Assembly (NCBI GenBank): GCA_050084515.1 | Contig: CM114271.1 | Location: 27,032,001-27,096,000, forward strand | Reading direction: 5' to 3' | DNA: 64,000 nt | Source of the DNA: Blasia pusilla | Taxonomy: Eukaryota | In this document: positions 14,220 through 26,123 of the stretch, piece after piece | Layout of the letters: each line of letters opens with the position of its first letter | How positions within the stretch are numbered: the first letter of the stretch is position 1 | Position numbers and translations under genes: made by a program | The notes under the pieces: generated by a model | What the model saw: only the letters and a program-made list of their open reading frames with translations | Database searches by the model: none | Told to the model about the DNA's origin: nothing

Positions 14220-16143
14220 TTCTATTAATAGATAATCCAAAAAATTTTACTTATGGAGGTTTAAGAAAATCAAGAAGAAAAGCAATGGTTTTTACAATCT
14301 AATTACTAAAATAATTTCACTATAAATCATATATTTATATTAATATTGATGGGAGGACCTAAGTTTCTTACGTGAAAAAAATATTCTTACATGGATAATC
14401 TCTTTTAGTGTAGAAAAGATAGCAAAGACTTATTTAAAAAGATTGTGCATTAAAAGAGAGCAAGGTCAGTTCACTAGTCTATGATATCATTGGAGAATGG
14501 CTTCTTAATTAGTCTTTCAATAAGGCGGTAAGAGCATATTTACGGCCCTTAAATGTAAGCCTCGCTTTTTTTCTTGGATGGGCGGGCTATCTAGCACATC
14601 ACTTTTGGTTGGTGTGATTCTATCCACCGTGAGATGAGAATTTTGTATGGAGATATGTAATTTAATCCGTGAGAAAATAATGTGAACTTAATATGGTTTG
14701 TGTGATCTTAACCAGGTTTGTGATTTAATGGGTGACCCTACTCTCACTCTTTAATACAAACTTTTTAGATTTGTATTTCATTCAATACCAATTTTCTAAC
14801 GTCGTGTACTCACAGAGGTGTGATAGGACTTCATTTAATACAAATTTTCTTAGCTCGTTTGTGTTGAGATCCGATCCGTGCAAGGAGTTTTTTAATTGAT
14901 TTTGGCGTTTCGGTAAAATCAAATTTCTTACCTACCGGTTTTCACTTTGAGATACCTTTCACAAAATCCTGTCGACGAGTTTCAAATGGAATAGGAAATT
15001 TTCAACTTTAACCGGTCACGGTTACTAATAACCTCGGATCTCCCCATCATTCGTGTGAAATTCTAATACAAACTTTTTTATGTGAACCAAACTAAAAGCA
15101 TTTGCATAGTGTTAGTATTTGTCCAACTTCTGTAAGGGCACCCTAAACCATACCTTGTACTCCCTTCCCGGATTTCCATCAACTTCATTTTCACCATTCC
15201 CCCGTCAAAATCAGGCCGCATACTCGTTTTCATAGTACAAGTAACAGAAAAATCGTTTGGAGGAAGCAAGAACATTTTTTTGTATTTGTATAGAGCATGG
15301 TTACTGAGTATAATTATTCCCATGGAGGGCACGATTTGTACAATAGTTTAGTGTACATGTTGTGCACTAAACTAATATAATCTTGTTATCCACAAATTGT
15401 TTCTTTGTTGCTATGGTTATGAAAAACCAATTAGTTGCCCATGTTATGCACAATCTCTTTTATTAGTGTTGAGTTATTTTTTTCCACACTAAAATGGGTC
15501 ACCCACTATTACGTCGATATTTTTTTTGCCCCAATACTATGTGTTAAGCAAATAAACAAGTTGCCCTCCCTGAGTAGGATAGAGTTTATTGATGTACTTC
15601 AAATGAAAAAAAAATTTGGTTGGGGAGAAAGGAGAGAATGGTCAATTTTGAGCAAGGGAAATTCATAGAGGATAGGGGTAGGGAGAGTCTAAGATGATCA
15701 ACTAAGAAAGGGCATGGAGTTAGAGAGAGTCCTTCCCTCTCTCGTAAGAGTTAGAAATGGATGAGCCCCCTCTTAAGGAACAAAGAGCATCCTTTGAGCA
15801 CAAAAGTTCTTACATGTAACTAGGGACACTCACATATACTATATCTATGCTATTCTAACTCCAACCTCCAATTCTAATGGAATAATGGAGACTTATTGTA
15901 TCTACATATCCTTAGTATAGCATATCCTTGGGTAATATTTGCTAATAAAGTAAAATTATAAGATACTAAAAAAAGATAATAATTCAAAAAAAGAACCCAC
16001 TACTTCAAATAACCAAGAAATTCGAGTCCAACAAGCCATAAAACATTCAAAAATTTCCAAGTATGGCACTCGCAAAGTACTTGTAAAGTAGAGTTTTACA
16101 TTGCTAACATGCTAGACTAGCAGTATTTGCTACACACAAATTT

Positions 16144-16144
<1 letters not shown>

Positions 16145-16174
<30 letters not shown>
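16145..16174. repeat. (CT)n microsatellite
   Basis: Directly visible CT run. Confidence 0.9.
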
Positions 16175-16176
<2 letters not shown>

Positions 16177-19089
16177 GATGAGTTAAAAAATCATTGTCTA
16201 CTCTCCATGGAGTTCCTATTACTACACTTCATGGCCTCTAACTGGGAACATACCACATAATTATATCTCTCTGTCAATTTCAAGATCCACATTGATCTTT
16301 TTGTGCAATGGTGATTTGCTATTCGCCTCATTTTCCTCCTCGACCTTTGGCCCTCTCCCATGCAACCTCTTGCACTTATTGTAGGATATTCACATACATA
16401 TATATATATGCTTGTCGCCTTACCAAAAAAATCCCATGCCCCTCTACTAAGGTCACAAGTATGTTCCAATATATGAATAACATATTGCTCACGTATCTTC
16501 CTATTGTGGAAAACATGATCAAACATCAATTAAAGTCTCACTTCTATTGGCTCACCATTTGATTAATGTGAATGATTATGTGTCAATCGTGCGACTTGCC
16601 AACAACATTACCCGCACTATTGAAATCTCACCAAGTTTATTCATCCATTACTTGGCCCTGTGGGATTTGGTAGTCCAATAGCATGTACCTCATTATGGGT
16701 CTATTTGTGTCTAAAGGTCATAACAATGTTTTGTGTGAGTGTGACCGATTCAACAAGCAAGCCCACTTTGTACTTTGTCAAGAGAATATTGGCAATACCA
16801 AAATTGTGGACTTATTCTAGACCATATCTTCTGACTATCTATACTATTATTAGAGAGTGGCTTCTTAATTTGCAAACATATATATGCTTGACATATGGCA
16901 ACATGACAACAAGAAATTTTTTCTCATACTACATGCAACAAGATGTTTTGGGGGTTAGCAAGAAAATCTTCTTTTGAATTTGAATATGATATCTATCTAT
17001 TATCATGTGTCCATACTGAAAGAATAAATGGAAGATTTGCACTAATTTGCTCATCGGGAGCAAAAATGGCAACCCGTGCTCAAAGTATTCCTTGACTAAA
17101 AGGAAATCAAAGTGGAGGGGATCCTTAAGGATTGGTTAGTACCAAATTGGGAGGCGACTAGTAGCAATAGTTCTTGTGCAAATGCACTACTACATTCAAA
17201 ACCACTTTGTAAGTCTTAAGAGCCACACCTTAGTCGTAATGACGCCCTAGTTCAATTGCAACTTTGCTAGTGCTACTTTCATAATTTCCTTACAAATAAA
17301 AATTGGGAATTTGACTCATAGTTAGCCACTCCAACGAGGCTTGAAAGTCTTAGTTTATTCCTCTTATAGTCTAGTTGCAATGGGCTTGCAATTGGCTCAT
17401 AGTTGGCTTGCAATGGACTCACAACAAACTCACAAATTTTTACAACATTAAGGTTGCTCTACGAGCCTATGGCAATTTTGAATCACAAACATCCAGTAAT
17501 TTTTTTTCTAATTGGAAGGTCCAAGAGGGTATTGGGATTTGAAGAGGTATTGAAAGTTTAATTTCATGCTTTTTTTTTTTCATTGGATATATTTGACGTT
17601 TCAATGACATAAGGCGAATGATACGACAAAGAGGAAATCTTTATAATTGGAAAAAAATGTACAAAAACTATTGTGCGGTTCCATTGACACTAGTATCAAA
17701 AATTGCACCTAGTACGCCACTGGCGTGCATCTAATGTGCCACATATGCATGGGTACATTGAACATGTAGGTGGTAGAGTGCCCAAAGATGTCCCATGAGT
17801 ACGTGTCATTGTCATCCACGTTGGTCCATTGCAGGTAATTGCCCTAGTAGGGCTAGTAGTGCCTCTAGCATCTTGCCCAATCCTTCATGGTGACACCTAC
17901 TATGGACAACCTCATACGTCCATTGAGTACACTATGAGTACACTCTACCTTAGAGCCTCTAAATGCTCTATAAGGCAGATCCCCTTGTCCTCCTCCTCCT
18001 CCTCCTTTCCCTCCTCACCTTTGCTCTAAGAGCCATCATCCAAATGGTTGTATCCTCTTATCAGCGGATCCAAAGATTCAAGAAGAGGTTCTCCCATAAT
18101 AGTAAAGATGATTTCTTGAGCAAATTCTAAACAAGAATTTTGTCAAACTCATCTATATTATAATGTGTGGCAAGCCTAGCCTCTCATTAACAAATGCCTT
18201 TGAGCTCGACGCTTGTCTTCTATGATGGCCCCATATTTAACACTTGTCCCATCCAACTAACTTAGTACCATCTAACTAATTTAGAATGAATCGGTGAACC
18301 AGTAGCTTATGCATTGTAGAAGCATTGACCAATAACCAATGTGCGGCCCCTTTGGGAACTATGGTTGATTAGCTTCCAAAAGGTTTGTATTCCTATTACT
18401 AAGACTAAAACAAAGTAGTGTAAACAGAAAATAGAAAGGGAATGGTGATTGGTGACACAAACCAATTCACACGAGAATAACACCAATCCACATTGAAGCT
18501 CACTCAAACAAACACTAATTCAATTCACACAAACCAAACACACTAGTTGGCAGCCCTAGCCATGCACGAGAATAAAAGGACTAATCCGTTGGAAATTCTT
18601 TTTTTCTTCCTGCCCATAGAATGGAAAAGATTTTGTTACTTTCCACATAGGGAGAAACATTTTCTTGTTGCGAGGTTGCCACACGTCAAACGTAAAGGTG
18701 TTTGCAAATCAAAAAGGCACTCTCCCTACAATAATATAGATTCAAAAGAAGTAAATTATTGGAAGCTCACATATTAAATGGATATATGTGTGTCTCAAAA
18801 ATCAACACACCATAAGGATAACATAAACACATTATTAAATGGGTATGTGTGTGTCTAAAAAAAATCAACACATCAAAGGGATGACAAAAACACACGAGAG
18901 GGAATAATGATGGATTTTCCACTTGAAAAAGACGAAGACTGCTGAAGTGGCCGCTTGTGACTACATGTTACTACTATCCTCTGACGGGATGTTCTTGTAA
19001 AGAGTGAGCGCGGCGGAACGAAGGTAAGAACGCCACCACTGCTGGGAAGAGAGCTTCAGGCCATGGAAACCAGTCCGGAAATTCGAAAG

Positions 19090-19885
19090 AGGTTTGATCT
19101 GAGAACGCGCCAAAGAGCAGGAAGGAGGATGAACTGAAGCGGAAGCTGCATTGCCTGGAAGTGGCTGCGAGGATAAAAATAAGTGGTCTCGAGGTGCAGA
19201 TCGCTCGCGAAGAGGAGGAGGAGGAGGAGGAGGAGAAGAAGAGCTTCTCTTCCTCCTCAGAAATTGCGTCGCCATATCCTCTGCTTGCTTCCGGTAAGAT
19301 CATCGTTAACTCTTGCGAAAAAATATGACGTGAGGTTTGCGTAATTGATTCATAAATTCGTTTCCTGCATTGTCAGAATCCATCAGAAAGGTCTTACTAG
19401 TGTTGGACTTGTTTGGCTCAATAGGATAGCATATGAATGGATGGATAGGGATTGAAGACCTTGGGATTGTGTCTCTGGTAGAGAGTAGGATGGCACAGCG
19501 ACGAGTGGGAAGGAGTTGCATGATGAAAACCCAAACGGTAGTTGAGCTCAGCTAGGTTTTCTTTGTGGATATTGCATGGAGACTGACTCATCTGCCAAAG
19601 AGCTCTTGAACAGTGTTGCAATTTTTGTCGTAATATTATAGCATAATGAATGAACGCCTGGAGATTGAAGACCTTGAGATGACGTTGCTGGCAGAGAGTA
19701 GGATGACGCAGCGACGTGTGGGAGTAGCATGATAATGAGCAGAGTGGTGTTGAGGTGGTGTTTGATTTGAGTGAGATTTTCTTCTCGGGTTCATTTCAGC
19801 ACAGAGACTGATGAGCGTGCCGAATTGAAACTGTTGACTGAGAAAAGCAAGCCACCGACAGTCAGGGGTTGGATTGAAAGACTTT
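19090..19885. repeat. Inverted paralogous copy of the ThrRS upstream region (about 9840-10740)
   Basis: Reverse-complement similarity throughout. ORF 18961-19275(-) MATQFLRRKRSSSSPPP..LRERSAPRDHLF mirrors ORF 10571-10864(+) MARQFLKRKRSFSPPPPLRERSAPGDHLF. The 230-bp units are also mirrored. Confidence 0.85.
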
Positions 19886-20136
19886 TCGATCTCGCAGTCT
19901 ATCAAATTTCGGGAAGGTCGTAAACTCCTAAAATTGAAGTGATGGAAATGATGGTCAGATTTGATCAGAGTCAGAGTCTCTTTCACGGATTCTGGAAATA
20001 GGCTATCCTATTTCCTATTCCTATATATCCTAATGACGGCCAGTGACCATTAAAGGAGCCACCGCGTGACATACAGAGTCCTACAGATACCCCATCACAG
20101 GCTTCAATGTGATTATTGCCTTCTTGATCACTTCGC

Positions 20137-21235
20137 TAGTTAGTTCCTTCTTATAGAGGAAATTAACAGCAAAGCCTCGAAAACATAAAATAAGAGAGAT
20201 GGTAAAAGAGCGAGAGTCCATATGGAACACCCCTTTCCACTTGGCACATTCAGGTCAGATTTTAAGCCTCAAGGGCTTGCACTCTCCATGAAGGGGGGAC
20301 TGGTTTTCAGTGAAGGACTTGGATTATTCCAAACCATTCATACTCCGGGAAGGGGGCACGGGCATCACTTTCCCTGGAGCAGGTATTGGTCTTGAGACGA
20401 CCTAATTTTTAGAATCTCATGTAAGTACAGCTATGCCATAGTGCCATTTGTGGCTCGATGAATGAATGAAGGGATTTTGGACTGAAGACTGCCATAGGAC
20501 TGAAAAAAACCATGCAGGTGAATGACCTTTGTTAGAAATAGCAGGCCATTCCCTCGGAGTGTCAAAGAAAGTAGGCATGCCTGCATGGGAGCCAGCCACA
20601 AAGTGAAACGTACATAAGTTTCCACTAGGATCCCAAAGAATAGTTCGATAAAGCCTAGAATAGCCCAAGGAATCACAATGGGCTGTTCTCTAGTTTCATT
20701 CATGTAGAGGCACGCCAGCTCAAACCTCTGTGGCAAGTTGAAATCCACCTGTGCTTCCAAGCACAACAGAAATTTTCACGAAGGAAACAGAGAACTCCCA
20801 CTGAAATGAAGAAGAAATTATGGAAGGATCAGAAGCAGGTAGAGATCGAGAGATGCACAACCAATTCACAAACTAGCACCATCCATTTGAACCCCTGCTC
20901 AAGATTCTTCTGCTCAGAGATTCCTCACAAAAGATGCTTCTTTCTAATAATTGTTAGCAACTTCACTTGAACAAATCAAGGTGTAAGTAATTTGGAAGGC
21001 TTTTTCCTCCCTACCTGAATTGTAGAAAATTGCCATTTCTATACAATGTGGTCCTCAATCTATGAGTCAATTTTAGGGCCATAAAATGCACCACTTCTTT
21101 CAGGTATAGAATAATCCTTACCTTCATCTTCCAGTGCTTCGCTTACAGCAGTTTTAGCCTTCCCCCAATTTCCTCCAATCCTACGGTTTCTCTGGCCTTG
21201 TTGAAAGTTTTACTTCAATACTTTTAAACCCAAAC
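20137..21235 (-). pseudogene. Partial duplicated ThrRS pseudogene (3' part of exon 6, intron 6, exon 7, part of intron 7)
   Basis: Direct-orientation copy of about 4941-6196. The translation QVDFNLPQRFEL..QPIVIPWAILGFIELFFGILVE matches exon 7. It has frameshifts and stops. The introns are retained, so this is a DNA-level duplication. Confidence 0.9.
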
Positions 21236-22307
21236 CCTGCCATGTGATCACCAGCTTGATAATTTGAGTTTTACCATAACCATCGCTGCCTAGATCTACA
21301 TGTTCATTTAAAGTATGGCGTGTGATGCTTTTGCAAGCTGTTGTCACTATGTCACTGAGATGGGTAGTCTTCTAATCAGGTCATCGGTAGAAGGCTGTAT
21401 AGTTGTCCCATTGTTCTCTAAAGCCTTTGATTAGAACTTGATATTCCCTTACAGTATGTGAGATATTACTCTGAAGCCTTCCGTTCTTCCATTCGTTGGA
21501 AGAACGAAAGGCTTCAGAAGTCTGTCTAGGCGCAAGTTTTCAAAGCTACCGCCTTAGAGTTTGTTTTTGATCCTATACCCTAAATTACTGTTTGTGGATC
21601 TGTGCAGCTTTTTTTTTTAATCTATGTATCCTCATTTCTAGAAACTGGGACCATATCCCCTTGGGTCTCAAATGGTTTCTGGATGTGGTCTAGAGAATCA
21701 CTGCAAAACGTTATAAAGCTTCATTCAGACCTTATATAAAGGTTTTAGACTGACTAATTGTGATGAGGTCGTCTTTCTCTGTTTGCACAAGCTTCTTAAA
21801 TAGGCTAGACCACTGACTTCAGAAACTTCCAATCAAACCTTAGGTTGTGCAACTCATTCTTGATAAGCAAGGTTGTATTCCCAGGAACCACACGGTTGGG
21901 TTTGGATGCATTGTATTCCCTGGAAGTCTGGCCTTTATCTTGATGTCACTCATCAGAATCTTACATGGCTCAAAGAGAGGATGTGATGATTTACAAAATG
22001 AAATGGGAAGATAAAACCATTCTTGTGAGCAATCACAAGGTTGAGTTGTGTATTCTTTTGGGTCAAGTGCAGATGAACTCGTCTTGTTACCAATAAGTGT
22101 GGTGATCCTGCTTGGTGGGTAATTTGTGAAAGGTGCTGGCTTGGTGTGGTGTTGAGTTGTTTCCAGCAGTTGGGCATCGTAATTGTCATTTATTGGCAAT
22201 GTAATTAAGAATATTCAATTTTTGATTTTGGCTGCGGAAAGCCAAACAATAGTCTGTTGTGAACAATGACAGGATTAAAAGGTCTTTTTTGGCTGTGTTG
22301 ACTGTAG

Positions 22308-25300
22308 ATGAGCTTGGCACTTGTTGCCAACTATTCCTCTGATGAAGAGGAGGAGCAGAGGTTAGTTGATGACAGTGACACTGAAAACAGCCAAGATGAT
22401 CCAGAGGTGAATCCTTTGTCCAGGCTTGGGAATAGTAACACTGTTCAGCAGCCAAAAACGTCTCTTTTACCATCTCCAGACGAGATTTTTTCAGAGGTAC
22501 TATTCTGTTACCACGTAGCATAAAGTTTTGGAGTTCTTCAGCTTGAGCTAAACTTTCTCATGCTTTATTTTAAAATTTCTGATGTATACAGTTTGGAGTG
22601 CCTGCCAGATACATGTAGTTTAGGCTGCCATATGTTGGAGTGGTTGATTGTAGCCCATCATCAATGATCATTGGCATGGTAAATTATCCAAGTGGAAAAG
22701 TGCTTCTACTTGACTCTTATTTGTGGTACCCATGATTTAAAGAATTTGGAAAAGCTGTGTTTTATGACATGGTGGGTTGCACTAGTTTCCTAAGAACAAC
22801 TAGCTTAAGTTTATCTGAAAGGCACTTCTAGCAGGAAAGCTAAAGATCGTACTATAGAATGGGTACCAACAAAGTGGGGTGACTGCAGGTTACAGGACCT
22901 CCTGAATTTTTGAAGAGCGAGGCTACAAAGCCTGTTCCTTGTCGGCCTCAAGACAACTGGCAACCTGCATATGATGCATCTCGTGCCGGTTCCAAGTATT
23001 CCAATGGGCCACATTCAGTGACCGACTCTCCACGGATACCCCCTCCTGGTATGCCGTGAACTGTTATGGCTGGCTTGGGTCCGGTGCTGGTTGCACTCTG
23101 TTCTTCAATGTATCAGTAAACTGTTCATATGTGTGATTGTAGAGGCAACTGCTTACGTTCATAAGTTGGTGATTGCTTTGAACACTTGAATGATGAAAGT
23201 CATTGTCCATGATAAAGAATGGGCTCATCAACCTATTTTTCTTTTATTTTTATAAAAGGGAGCCTGTGTTTATCAAGGTTCTAAGTATTTGTGCATACAG
23301 GTGCTGTGGTTGAGGCTAAAGCTCTATTGATAGGAGACCACGAGTGGTCACGTAATGATAATGGAGATACTATAAATGGTGTCAAAACTACGCGCAAAGT
23401 TCCAGGTGTAGATATGCCTCCACCAGAAGATGCTGCTGCCTTGCTCAGGTAATAGACCACTGACAGAGAACTGCATGTTGTAGCCTTGCAACTGTGGGCC
23501 CCATGGCATCTACCGTACCTGGTATTGAATCTCCACAGCATCAGTATGCACTTCATCTATGAGCTCTTAATTTTACTGACTGAACTTGAAGAAGAGCTTA
23601 GATGACAGCAGCCCAGCTAATTTTTGTTGTTTCTTTTAGATAAAGCAGAGGACTCTAGACTGAGCTATTGAGGCAGAGCAATAATAAGGAAGGCAATATA
23701 ATAGCAAGCACCTATAAGGAATGTGGTCTGCAGCATTTAGCTGATCAGAGTAATTCATACATACCTAGGGACCTCTGAATCGTGTCCTTCCTTGAATACA
23801 AAGGTGTCGTAGCTAAACAGAAGACAATTCACGTCCAGGATGCTGAGTCGCTGAAATGTGACACCTATTAACAGAAACATGCAGTGAGTCACAAAAAGAC
23901 CTACCTGTCCTATTTGACTTTGTGTACCCAGTTGTCAAATGTCGCTAAGTGTCAAAAAACAGACAAAGGTCATTGATAATCAGCTATGTATGTTATAATT
24001 TCTCACATTCCCACTCCCACTCAGTGACCACTTCTGTTGACGGTAGCTCTCTTGTCAATCCTTTCTAAAAAATCTGCCAGCGTATCATTGGTGTCACGAT
24101 TGGTATCTTTCTGGGTATCTTTCTCATGGGGCTTCTTCTTCATTCCTGGGGGAATCCTTTTTAGAGAGCTTTTATCCTGACTCTACTGTGTGAAAAAGAT
24201 TGACCAGCAGAAGTATCTCCTTGTACAAAGTCAGAACTAGCTTCAGCTAAACCATACATGATTTCAGCTTGTATACAATCAGCAAATCAGTTTCTAACTC
24301 TATTGCCAAATCAGAGCCCTACCATGATGTGACTCTCCTTGTTATCTATCAGATACTAAGGAGGATTCCACACAGTCACACCTTGCACTCACGTTTTTCA
24401 CTCACTCACATGTCACCAGCTCAGAAATCACACATGGCTCACACCATTGAGCACAAGCAATCTTCATCAGCTATCTAAACAAAACGACCTGCCTTCGAGT
24501 GAGGCTCTAGCAAGCATAGAACTTAGTCTCAATCTCCTCGTCCTTCTGTCAGATCACTCTGCAGCAGGGCCAGTGCTGCATGACACACCAAGAGCCCCAG
24601 GAGTCCTCACCAAAAGCTGTGCATACTGTAGAATTATCTTCTGACTCTATGCAGAGACAATATTTATACATGAGGGTGAGCATTTCTTCTTGAACAGATC
24701 CATACCCTAAATTTGATGACGGCTAGCCCAAATTCTAGATTACCCTAAAAAGATTGAGGAGCTCTCAGTTGTCTCCAGCTAACTAAGTTAGTATCCAGCT
24801 AAGTTAGTATTCAACTAACTAATTTTAGTGCATGCCCTAAAATTCTACCAGGGTTCTGTACCGTATTCTGATGTACCTCTGATTTCTGCCTCTGAAGGTA
24901 CACAAGTCAAGAAATATCTAGCTCTACTGTACGGTCCATAAGCATCAGAATGTTAAGGATCAGAATGCTTACAATAGAAACAGAGAATTGATGTGATGGG
25001 AAGCTTCTTCCTCTTGCTTCCTCTACATTGATTGAATCTTTGATTACCTTCTGTATAGAGTGCTGTTGATGACTCATCAGTCCCACCCATATCTTTCATA
25101 GTAGTTTCCTCTCGCAGCAATTGAGGAATGAGAGTTGTCATTGTCAACTTGGCCTGGGCCCGAATAGAAATCATAAGACCTCTATAACTTCAAGGCATGG
25201 TACGCACCAGATCGAACACTTTCTTGTCTCCACTGATGTTAACCCCTCCTTGAACAGAAACAGAATGCAGTTCATGTCCAGGATGCTGAGTCACTGACAA

Positions 25301-25744
25301 GTTACACCTATTAACTGACACAAATCTGACACATATAGTGAGTCAGCAGAATGACCTGTCTGTCCTATTTGACTTTGTATACCTAGTTTGCTAGGTTTTA
25401 ATGGAGGTATGTTGCTGATAATCAACTATGCGCTGTGTAAATATTTTGTCTTGTGTGTGAGAACTTTCACCCTCATTGGGTCATCCCTTGTATAATGAGC
25501 ATTTTGTGAATGCAGAATATGTTTGAAATGTGGGGTACCAAAAACATATTCGGGTGCAAAAGAGAGCATGGTGTGTCCCCTCTGCAATGATAGGCCTACA
25601 GCTGGAGACGAGAAGACAGAAACAGAAAAACGGAGTGGATCAAAGATCAAGGATAAGGAGAAAAACAAGCGCATGAAAGGACAATCTTCACATGCAACGT
25701 GGAAAAGTGAAACAGAGATGCAGCTACGGCAACACTTTGACTGA
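22308..25744 (+). CDS. Conserved uncharacterised plant protein, UPF0690/C1orf52-like, with a CxxC..CxxC Zn finger; 4 coding exons, about 241 aa
   Basis: Exons 22308-22496, 22889-23048, 23301-23448 and 25516-25744 (726 nt, in frame, GT..AG). Motifs: MSLALVANYSSDEEEE, LLPSPDEIFSEVTGPPEFL, CLKCG..CPLC and the C-terminus KRMKGQSSHATWKSETEMQLRQHFD. An AG immediately before the ATG suggests a 5' UTR intron. The family assignment is from recalled similarity. Confidence 0.85.
24953..25210 (-). mobile_element. Degenerate Copia gag-like fragment inside intron 3
   Basis: LTMTTLIPQLLREE...ALY...CFYC resembles the Copia gag C-terminus up to the Zn knuckle. The surrounding 1.3 kb is bracketed by a degenerate direct repeat of about 160 bp (23830-23990 and 25273-25430). 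Confidence 0.45.
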
Positions 25745-25814
25745 AGGGATGTCATTCTACTAGTGACAGGCTCAATTTAATCTTGGCTTCATGGGAAAAT
25801 CTGATGTCGTATGG

Positions 25815-26123
25815 TGTAGGAAATCAATTAGTCCAACGAAACAAATCATCAGAGTGCTGATCCAAGAATTGATCACACGGATCAATCCATACGAACGATC
25901 TAGATTAGATTAGGATCAATGTTCTGTTTATGAGCATTGATTACTGCTAGTAACGTTTCATCTTGCGAAACGATACATAGCTATGAGACATTTCTGAAGT
26001 GACACAGTTACCGTCACATTTTTTGATTACGGCTCTTAGTTTAGAGCAGACTTTACTACTTATGTATCGGCTTTTCAATCTATCAATACAGAGAACACAG
26101 AGAGTACAAACGCAATTCTCACA
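25815..26123 (+). repeat. Copia 5' LTR
   Basis: TG..CA ends, followed by the PBS, near-identical to 39681-40007. Confidence 0.95.
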
